Under the pieces are notes generated by a model, which searched no databases, had not been told where the DNA came from, and saw nothing but the letters and a program-made list of their open reading frames with translations. A stretch of DNA of 31,550 nucleotides. Origin: a virus. Lineage: Duplodnaviria; Caudoviricetes. Position numbers and translations under genes: made by a program. The DNA is taken from IMG/VR virus record IMGVR_UViG_3300049924_000017, positions 1 to 31,550 of that record; one strand, given 5' to 3'. Of the stretch, positions 24,583 through 31,550 are shown one piece after another; position 1 is the first letter of the stretch; every line of letters starts with the position of its first letter.

Positions 24583-25539
24583 TTATACGTAGACTTGGTC
24601 AGTTGCGGTGACCACGCATACGATCGACTCAGGACGGAACAGCTTCATACCATACCGACAAGTCGTAACATACTCTTCACGCTGCATGTCCTTATTGTAG
24701 TCCGACTCAGTCTTAGGCGGCTGGCGGACAGACCCGATAAAGGGACGTGCTTCAGGAGCTGCAGTAAAGAAGAGGTTGTTTACGCCAGTGGTTGCAACGA
24801 CACCGTCAATTGTCTCAGAGGCTGTATTAGCCTTGAGGAATTGAGAAACATAGACGTCCCAACCAAAGATATTCTTGGTGAAACGCATGCCAGTCGTAAG
24901 ACCAGTAGTTACAACGCCTTCCCACATAATATTGTTAGACATATTAATGTGGTTAGGAAGCGTAGACAACGTGTACTCGACTTCAGGAGCGACTACTGCA
25001 ACAAGTTGTGTCAGAGGAGCATTGGCTTTCTGAAGAGCATACTTAGCCTTCATAAAGTCTTCCAAAGAGATAGTTGCGTTGGTACCTGAACCGATGAACC
25101 GATGCTTTGCGCCGTTAATGGTGTTAGAGTTTGCCAGTGTCTGACCATTAGGTCCGACAGCAAGAATATCTGCCTCCATCACAGCTTCGATTGCACGCAT
25201 TTGCTTAGGAACAAACTGTGCCTTAACCTGGTTCATGACATAGCTGTCCTGAAGCATTTTAGAGGTCACATATGTAGCTGAAACAAGATACTTATCAATC
25301 GAGAAGGTGAAGTTACCGGTATCCATTGCGGTATAACGGACTGCTTCGCCTTCAGAAAAGTCCTGGGCTTCCATCTGGCCGATACTCGGAATGTTCAGAG
25401 TATCACCATCTGGGAAGTCAGTAATCCAGTTAACGTATTCCTGAGCCATCAAACCGGCCTGGAAGAACTCTTTCAGCTGAGTACTGAAAAGGTTCGACCG
25501 GATAAGATGGTCAGTGTTTTTAGTAGTAAAACCTGCCAT
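24583..25539 (-). CDS. Major capsid protein
   Basis: 318 aa after portal and scaffold; FPDGDTLNIPSIG, IFGWDVYVS, YGMKLFRPE (HK97-fold-type C-terminal pattern). Confidence 0.88.
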   Translation of the reverse strand: MAGFTTKNTDHLIRSNLFSTQLKEFFQAGLMAQEYVNWITDFPDGDTLNIPSIGQMEAQDFSEGEAVRYTAMDTGNFTFSIDKYLVSATYVTSKMLQDSYVMNQVKAQFVPKQMRAIEAVMEADILAVGPNGQTLANSNTINGAKHRFIGSGTNATISLEDFMKAKYALQKANAPLTQLVAVVAPEVEYTLSTLPNHINMSNNIMWEGVVTTGLTTGMRFTKNIFGWDVYVSQFLKANTASETIDGVVATTGVNNLFFTAAPEARPFIGSVRQPPKTESDYNKDMQREEYVTTCRYGMKLFRPESIVCVVTATDQVYV

Positions 25540-25556
25540 AGTGGCACCTTTCTATA

Positions 25557-26282
25557 TTAATTATAGAAAGCTTCTCCTAGTTTTTCGGCTTGAGTATGCA
25601 TCTCAGCTGTAAGAGATTCAAATCTCTTTCGATCCTTTAGCATTATCTCACGATAATACTTCCAGTTCTTTTCAGTAGAGAGAGTGTTTGCACTAGTGTT
25701 CTGCCTATTTGCCGGAGGAACGAAAGAGTTATCATTCGAGGGCTTATTCATAGGAAGAACAATAGCTAGAAGTGACTTAGGATTATCCATTGCCCGACGT
25801 TTGACTTCGTCTTCGGACATATAGAAACCCTTGGCGACTTCTCTTAGGCGCTCTGGGTAATTACTTCCCCATGCCTTCTCAAGTTCTTGCTTAACGTAAT
25901 TTACGTTAGCGACTTGGATAGCTTCCTGTTGCTTCTTATTGAATCTGTCTTCAAACATACGTTCGATGACATCTTCGGTTACATTTGCCTTCGGATTTTC
26001 AACTCTTTCCAATCCGTCATTGTCTTGATGGAGAGTACTAGATGTTTGAGGCTGGAGCTTTTCCAGCAGATCCTGATAGGTCAATCGAGTATCAAGCTCT
26101 TTTCTGAGGTTTTGATTCTCAGGTTCAATCTTGGCAATGTGCAATTCTTGATGTGCTGCCTTCTTTAGAAGAGCCTCAATATCTAGACTGCCATCCTCCT
26201 TGGTGAACTTCTGCTTGAGTTCCTCGATCTTATCTTCTGGTGCTTGGTCAGTACCATTAGAAAATAGCGGGTCATTCGCCAT
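25557..26282 (-). CDS. Capsid scaffolding protein
   Basis: Charged coiled-coil protein between portal and major capsid genes. Confidence 0.75.
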   Translation of the reverse strand: MANDPLFSNGTDQAPEDKIEELKQKFTKEDGSLDIEALLKKAAHQELHIAKIEPENQNLRKELDTRLTYQDLLEKLQPQTSSTLHQDNDGLERVENPKANVTEDVIERMFEDRFNKKQQEAIQVANVNYVKQELEKAWGSNYPERLREVAKGFYMSEDEVKRRAMDNPKSLLAIVLPMNKPSNDNSFVPPANRQNTSANTLSTEKNWKYYREIMLKDRKRFESLTAEMHTQAEKLGEAFYN

Positions 26283-26526
26283 ACTTTAACAACTCCTGTA
26301 TTTCTTTGAGCATTTGTCTCTGCCCGTTTCTATGTGCAGTTTCAGCTACCCAGTTTGGACTATTATAGTCGACTGGATTGCTTAATTGCATTTCACGCTT
26401 TACTAAAATCTCAATAAGCTTCTTTGTATTAGCTAGCGCCAGGTATGCCCTGAGGGACTGGACCTGCTGGGCCTTGTGCTCCTGCTTGACCCCTTGCAGC
26501 CATTGTGTTTTGATCCCCTTGGACAT
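26272..26526 (-). CDS. Hypothetical protein between portal and scaffold
   Basis: DYNSPNW...AHRNG motif; overlaps the low-complexity portal tail by 98 nt. Confidence 0.7.
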   Translation of the reverse strand: MSKGIKTQWLQGVKQEHKAQQVQSLRAYLALANTKKLIEILVKREMQLSNPVDYNSPNWVAETAHRNGQRQMLKEIQELLKYGE

Positions 26527-28297
26527 CGTAGTCGCCTCCCATACCTGATGGCGTTGTAGCGGTCATTTGAGCCTGTTCCATTGCTACCTGTTGTAGCATC
26601 TGAGCTTCTGCCATCTCAGAGATGCGAATGTAAGGTTGTACAACACCGTACTCTTCAATATCAAGAAGTCTTTCCCACATCTGTGCTAGTTTCTTAGCTG
26701 AGAAGTGGATTAGAACTGTAGGATCGTGGCCGGCAGCACTTGCAAAGAAGTTGTTAAGGTCTTGAACCATCTGCGCTTGTTCTGCGAAGTGTCTAGCAGC
26801 CATCGGTTTAATTCGGCCATTACCGACTAGGTCAGATGGACTAATGGATAGGAAATCTGTGACTTTGAAGTCTTGATCAAAGATCGGGATTGATGTAGCA
26901 GAGAGGTTACGCCGAGCAAGCTCTAATTGTGCATTGAGCGATGGCTCGACCAGATCTCGTTCGAACTGTGAGATCTTATTCTGAAATATACGAGAAGCAG
27001 CGTTCTCGAGACGCTGAACTTCGTACTTCGTCTTTTCACCTGGAGTCCTGAAGCCCATAGCTTCTTTGGGACTACCTGCCATCTCTTCCATTTTCTGTTC
27101 GAGTACGGCTATCTCAGTGTTAGCCTGGAGTGCGCCTGTATCTGGTGCAACGACTTCTACGTCGCCGTCGTCACCAATATAGATACGTTCACCAGGCTGC
27201 CATTCAAAGTCCTCGGCGTAACCTTTAATCTTGAATACTGGATATCTGGTGAGATCCCAGACGTCAGCCTTCATATTCTCCAAATGATCTATACGATACT
27301 GAAGACCGACTAGATTATCTAGTGGGCCTTGAGCCCAGAGATTATCAGGTCTAATTCTCCAACCTACGTGATAGATAGGAGCAGTTCCAAAGTAGGAGGG
27401 ATTCTCCCTACGGCTTATGATCTTATGACGATCAACTACTTTGATAATTTGATTACGGTCAAATTTGCCAGTGTTATCATTATAGATATCACCATAGAAG
27501 GTAAGAATCTCTACAGAGTCACTAGTTAGGTATGATCTAAAAGAGTTAAAACCTGCTATCTGATAGATTGCGTCTTTAGTAGTTACTTCACCTGGATAGT
27601 CAGTTATGTATTGCCTCATCCCCATCATATAGCGAAAGAGAACTTCTGCGTCTGCTTGTTCCTCAGGAGTCTTAGCATCTCGAGATAGAAGTTCCTTTAC
27701 TTCACCCTTGGAGATCATAGATCTTATAATCTTAGGTGATTCTTTAAAGGATACTGCTGTTGGATTGAAGACGATATCAAGAGGATTGATACGGCGAAGA
27801 AGAGGACCAACATAACCATACTTAAGTCCATTCTCTTCATTGGATGGGTTACGGCCGTCAATCCATTCAGGCATTACAAAGGCATTACCGTAGTCGATAT
27901 AGTCAAGAACTACTTTACTAATCTCGGAGTAGTACTCTGGGCGGTCCATTGCCCAACCCATATAGGACTCAATAGCCTTTGTTTTCTTAACGTCTGAGTC
28001 TTCTTTTGTATCACCTTCCCAAACTACATTCTTCTTCTTGGGAAACATAGTAGCCATGTAATTAGCGTGTAGATTATCTCTAATCTGGCATAACTTGGGA
28101 ATAGTGGTTTTATTAGACCAAGGTAGTTTAGAATTGGAGGTTTGTGTGGTATCTGTAGCAAAGATATATCGGAGTACCTCTTCCTTGGAGGTAACCCAAT
28201 TCTGTCTGAAGTTATTCCAGGTTACCCATTGATGAGATATCTTACAAGCAATATCATCTGGTACAATGTACTGTTCGATTTCTAGTACTTTGGCCAC
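26429..28297 (-). CDS. Portal (head-tail connector) protein
   Basis: 622 aa right after the terminase; DYIDYGNAF, RINPLDIVF, GPLDNLVGLQYRID, RTPGEKTKYEV. Confidence 0.88.
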   Translation of the reverse strand: MAKVLEIEQYIVPDDIACKISHQWVTWNNFRQNWVTSKEEVLRYIFATDTTQTSNSKLPWSNKTTIPKLCQIRDNLHANYMATMFPKKKNVVWEGDTKEDSDVKKTKAIESYMGWAMDRPEYYSEISKVVLDYIDYGNAFVMPEWIDGRNPSNEENGLKYGYVGPLLRRINPLDIVFNPTAVSFKESPKIIRSMISKGEVKELLSRDAKTPEEQADAEVLFRYMMGMRQYITDYPGEVTTKDAIYQIAGFNSFRSYLTSDSVEILTFYGDIYNDNTGKFDRNQIIKVVDRHKIISRRENPSYFGTAPIYHVGWRIRPDNLWAQGPLDNLVGLQYRIDHLENMKADVWDLTRYPVFKIKGYAEDFEWQPGERIYIGDDGDVEVVAPDTGALQANTEIAVLEQKMEEMAGSPKEAMGFRTPGEKTKYEVQRLENAASRIFQNKISQFERDLVEPSLNAQLELARRNLSATSIPIFDQDFKVTDFLSISPSDLVGNGRIKPMAARHFAEQAQMVQDLNNFFASAAGHDPTVLIHFSAKKLAQMWERLLDIEEYGVVQPYIRISEMAEAQMLQQVAMEQAQMTATTPSGMGGDYDVQGDQNTMAARGQAGAQGPAGPVPQGIPGAS

Positions 28298-29844
28298 TAG
28301 GCTATGCCTCCAAATCTATGATGTGCTTGTGGCAATGAAGTCTTTTGTTTCTCTACCATTGCTCTATAAGAGGGTGGTGTGATAACTTCGATTGCTGATG
28401 CTAGGGCGTCTTTGATGTCATCGTGACTGGGACGCTGTTGAGAGAGCTCTTCCTCCAAGAGTGAGCAGTTACCACCTGAGTAGTGCCACATTTGTTTATT
28501 CTTGTACTTAGGCTCTAGGGTAATGCCCATCCACTCTTCTTTGTTCTTTGTTGGTCTGTGCTCATCAACAGAGAGAGCAAGACCATGTGTACGAATATAG
28601 TCTTCTTTGAGTTCTTTAACGATTACTTCTTGAGCTACTGTGACCTCGGCTCTGATCTTTCGGAATCCCCATTTCTGGTGAAGTCTAAGGATTCTGTCGA
28701 AGTAATCGGAGATTTTATTGGTTCTAAACCTGTCGATGTCCAAGACATAATACCTATGATTTGTATCGACCCCGACAACGACGATACAGGAATAGTCAGC
28801 TTTCTTGTTGAGAGAGAAGGCGAAGTCGATAGCTGCACTTAGGTTAAGCCTTGAATTTCTGTAGTACCAGAAGCCCATTTCCTGTCTTAGAAAAGCAGGA
28901 TTATAATACTGAAAAAGAGAAGGGTTAATAGGGGACTCAGTAAGATCATTAGGGTTATTATAATACTGAGCTCGGAACTTGGTGATATCATTATCGTACT
29001 GAGCCTTCTTCTTGGCTAGCTCTTTGATATCGAAACCAAACATCTTGCCATCAGCTCTTGGTAGGCGAGGCCAGATGAAGTTTCCTGTTCCGTCTCCTCT
29101 ATCTTCAACTTGTCTTTCGAAGACTTCGTAGAGGTTGTACGAAGATTCCATGTCTCCGTCTTCATTGCGGATCTCTACGAGCATATTAGCTAGATCGTAG
29201 TACAGATCCTTAGGATGATATCTTGTACCTACTGCCCAGGCTTTAGCATCTGTAGACATAATAGAGGCAAGATATGATACCTGATTTCTTACTTTCTCTC
29301 GGCCTTCCACTGTGTAAGCAGTATCATCAACAACGACGTCGTCCAGTACAGCAATATCGCAGTGTAGACCTGTGATCCCGGTCGTAAGACCAGCGGTAAA
29401 GATAGTAGGATCACGTACAAACTCTTTCTTACGAAGTGGATGATCAACTGAGATTTCAGACTCTGTCCACTTCTCTCTCTTCGACTCGTCTAGATTGACC
29501 ATCTCTGGCCAGTAGAATCTGTACGTATCTGAAGTAAGAATATCCTTAATAAACTTTAACTGTTTTGTAGCGAGGTTAGACGTACTAGAAATGTAGAGTA
29601 CTCTTAGGGCAGGATTTCTAGTGATCTCCCAGGCTACTCGGTAGGCGACTAGTGCAGACTTTTGATGATCTCTGGGGAGAAGGACTAACTGATGTGAGAG
29701 GGAGTCTTCTCTGGTCCACCATCTGATTAGATCCACATGTACCTGACCGAGCATACGATCAGGAGCTACTAGACGAATAAACTGCTCTAGATCTGCTTCT
29801 GCTCTTTCTCTGATTAACTCTACTGACTTCTTATTCTGTCTCAT
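28297..29844 (-). CDS. terL: Terminase large subunit
   Basis: Walker A-like LLPRDHQKS, TGLHCDIAVLDD (Walker B), VGTRYH, RNase H-like IDFA...ADYS...HDDIKDA. Confidence 0.93.
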   Translation of the reverse strand: MRQNKKSVELIRERAEADLEQFIRLVAPDRMLGQVHVDLIRWWTREDSLSHQLVLLPRDHQKSALVAYRVAWEITRNPALRVLYISSTSNLATKQLKFIKDILTSDTYRFYWPEMVNLDESKREKWTESEISVDHPLRKKEFVRDPTIFTAGLTTGITGLHCDIAVLDDVVVDDTAYTVEGREKVRNQVSYLASIMSTDAKAWAVGTRYHPKDLYYDLANMLVEIRNEDGDMESSYNLYEVFERQVEDRGDGTGNFIWPRLPRADGKMFGFDIKELAKKKAQYDNDITKFRAQYYNNPNDLTESPINPSLFQYYNPAFLRQEMGFWYYRNSRLNLSAAIDFAFSLNKKADYSCIVVVGVDTNHRYYVLDIDRFRTNKISDYFDRILRLHQKWGFRKIRAEVTVAQEVIVKELKEDYIRTHGLALSVDEHRPTKNKEEWMGITLEPKYKNKQMWHYSGGNCSLLEEELSQQRPSHDDIKDALASAIEVITPPSYRAMVEKQKTSLPQAHHRFGGIA

Positions 29845-30128
29845 CCATAAACCACTGTTATATCATCTGTTGAAGAGGTTACAATTGTGAGGCCTTTAGA
29901 GAACATGCAGAAGTATGGGAAAGCTGCTTGACTATGAAGAAGCGTAGCTGGATTAGTAATTGTACCGATTAGAGTTCCTGATCCGGTTTGACTATCATAA
30001 ATCTGAATGACGCTATTGGCTACTGCTTGGTTAACGATAATAGAGACAAGTGCGCCGATACCAGCTTTGATCATTGTGGTACCAGGTGTATTGATATTTA
30101 CAAATCTACCTGTATTGGACCGCACCAT
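29841..30128 (-). CDS. Small beta-rich hypothetical (probable virion) protein
   Basis: IKAGIGALVSIIVN...IYD...FSKGLTIV...ITVVYG; ATGA overlap with terL. Confidence 0.7.
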   Translation of the reverse strand: MVRSNTGRFVNINTPGTTMIKAGIGALVSIIVNQAVANSVIQIYDSQTGSGTLIGTITNPATLLHSQAAFPYFCMFSKGLTIVTSSTDDITVVYG

Positions 30129-30603
30129 AGAGAAGGAACCTTGTCATATCTGTACCTGGAGCATGACCTGCCGTTGGAGCTAGCCCAGGTTGTGAAACAA
30201 AGAGAACTGGAGATGGAATACTATTTAGAGTTTGATTGAACGAGGAAGAGGAAAGAACTGTAGTGTTTAGAGTTTGTTGTAATGGATCTAGAGTCTGTGT
30301 AAAGTTGACAGAGACTAGTTCATTTACGACTACAGTTTGACTAATATCAGCTAGAGTCTGATTAAAGGAGATAGACTCTAGTATCGCTACATTTAGACTT
30401 TGTCCTAGATCAGCTAGAGTTTGATTAAAAGAGACTGACTCAAGGATTGCTACATTAAAGGTCTGTTGAAGAGGATCTAGAGTTTGAGAGAAGGATACAG
30501 ATTCTAATATCTTTACATTTACTGATTGGGTTAGTGTATCTAATGTTTGATTAAAGGAGATACTAAGTGGTGATGTTCCTTGAAAGGCGAGAAGAAGAGA
30601 CAT
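30106..30603 (-). CDS. Repeat protein with about 5.5 copies of a 21-aa unit
   Basis: S(I/V)SFNQTL(D/A)xLxQxxNVxILE repeats. Confidence 0.75.
   Translation of the reverse strand: MSLLLAFQGTSPLSISFNQTLDTLTQSVNVKILESVSFSQTLDPLQQTFNVAILESVSFNQTLADLGQSLNVAILESISFNQTLADISQTVVVNELVSVNFTQTLDPLQQTLNTTVLSSSSFNQTLNSIPSPVLFVSQPGLAPTAGHAPGTDMTRFLLYGAVQYR
30226..30564 (-). repeat. Degenerate 63-nt coding tandem repeat
   Basis: Recurrent AG(A/T)GT(T/C)TG...AA units on + at 63-nt spacing, corresponding to FxQTL. Confidence 0.8.
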
Positions 30604-30606
30604 CTA

Positions 30607-31269
30607 CTAGAATGCTACGACTTCTGCCCAAGAGAAGTCAATGTACCAGGTAATGCCATAGGATGTTACGTTGAGTACACGATTCTCGATAATGAGCCCT
30701 TCGTTTTGGACGAAGACGAAGGGATGTGTGCCATTGACGTCGTCTAAACAATCTAGAGGTCCCCATGTACTTGCTACTGTGGGTGCTGCTGTGTTGACTA
30801 GATAGGGAAGAGTACAGAAGAATTGAGTGTCTTTAGTTAGAGTACCGCCTGTCATTCCTGCGGCTGCGCCAGCAAGGGTAAGATGTCTTACTGCAGCACC
30901 ACCTGGATAGGCTGCCATTGAAGTTCTCTTTACAGAGGATACTGGAGTAACTGTATTGGTAGTATCTACTGCAGTAAAGCCTGTTACTCGATATACATCT
31001 AGAGAGTTTTCTTGGGCAGTACCTGCTGCAGTTTGTATTGCTCTGAGGGTTAGGCGAGTGGGAATGATTAGATTAGTTGCATGTGTATTCCTAATCTCGA
31101 AGATACGAGAGTTAGCTGCTTGTGCAGTAGTAGAGTTAATTCTGACTGAAGTCCGATAGTGACCGAGAGTAGAGTACTCTAGAGGTTTGATATGGGTATG
31201 TGCAGCACGGAAGACTGTGCCTGCTACCTCTTGTACTGTACCACCATTACCTTGAATCTGTATGCTCAT
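30607..31269 (-). CDS. 220-aa hypothetical (probable structural) protein
   Basis: Thr/Ala-rich beta protein ending FVFVQNEGLII...IDFSWAEV. Confidence 0.7.
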   Translation of the reverse strand: MSIQIQGNGGTVQEVAGTVFRAAHTHIKPLEYSTLGHYRTSVRINSTTAQAANSRIFEIRNTHATNLIIPTRLTLRAIQTAAGTAQENSLDVYRVTGFTAVDTTNTVTPVSSVKRTSMAAYPGGAAVRHLTLAGAAAGMTGGTLTKDTQFFCTLPYLVNTAAPTVASTWGPLDCLDDVNGTHPFVFVQNEGLIIENRVLNVTSYGITWYIDFSWAEVVAF

Positions 31270-31272
31270 ATC

Positions 31273-31548
31273 TTAGTTCCATGCCCATGCTACTGTGAAG
31301 AGACCTGTAAGTCTAGTTGCTCCGGGACCTGCTTGGGATCCTGGCTTTCGATTAGGCTTTTCCCAAGGTTCATTGATCTGGTTAGTATTGAAGCCATAGA
31401 TAGTAAAGCCAGTTCCTGCTACGATATTTCCTGCAAAGACCTTGAGAGTCTCTACCATGTGTTCATCTGCTGAATGACTTGCAGTGGCTTCTGGTCTGAT
31501 CCAGGCTTCAACAAGAGAACCAGAGACTATACCTGCTTGTCCTGTTAC
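31273..31548 (-). CDS. Hypothetical (probable structural) protein, start lies beyond the window
   Basis: Frame stays open upstream of ATG 31458 to the window edge (VTGQAGIVSGSLVEAWIRPEATASHSADEHMVE...). Confidence 0.7.
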   Translation of the reverse strand, partial: VTGQAGIVSGSLVEAWIRPEATASHSADEHMVETLKVFAGNIVAGTGFTIYGFNTNQINEPWEKPNRKPGSQAGPGATRLTGLFTVAWAWN

Positions 31549-31550
31549 AG

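Noticed and set aside
24100-25089. + strand ORFs of 91 and 225 aa
   Set aside because: Antisense to the capsid and decoration genes, with no motifs or evident RBS.
30226-30564. CRISPR array or diversity-generating retroelement repeat
   Set aside because: The repeats are degenerate, codon-phased and lack unique spacers. No reverse transcriptase or adenine-specific variant pair was seen; the 6731/7394 pair is only 33 nt with mostly synonymous or conservative changes.
30601-31275. Stop-codon reassignment or read-through fusing the in-frame ORFs (TAA GAT ATG at 31275-31267; TAG TAG ATG at 30609-30601)
   Set aside because: Conserved genes are intact under the standard code, TAG terminates genes at their expected ends, and a double stop argues against read-through.
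1-31550. tRNA genes, integrase, phage RNA polymerase or repeated phage promoters
   Set aside because: Intergenic gaps are nearly all under ~65 nt, and none of these was recognisable by eye.

Overview
A 31.5-kb segment of a lytic, podovirus-type dsDNA phage genome with two convergent arms. This layout, with no phage RNA polymerase in view, resembles Zobellviridae (SIO1/cobavirus-like); the assignment is inference from gene order only. The + arm (1-5412) carries replication genes: family A DNA polymerase, probable SSB, Cas4-like exonuclease, T7 gp3-like endonuclease I and small ORFs. The - arm (5409-31550) carries virion and lysis genes: terminase large subunit, portal, scaffold, major capsid, decoration proteins, two paralogous tail fibres, GH24 endolysin plus membrane proteins, adaptor, nozzle, GNAT and internal/ejection proteins. 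The arms meet at a bidirectional terminator. The most striking feature is a 393-nt insertion in the polymerase gene just before the catalytic Asp of motif A. It encodes a complete endonuclease VII-type nuclease with its own RBS in another frame, yet leaves the polymerase frame open. It has no recognisable intron core or intein ends, and it is bracketed by a recoded duplicate of the target peptide. The same polymerase has His and Asn at two normally conserved active-site positions (Klenow E710 and Y766). All calls come from reading motifs by eye; no searches were run.
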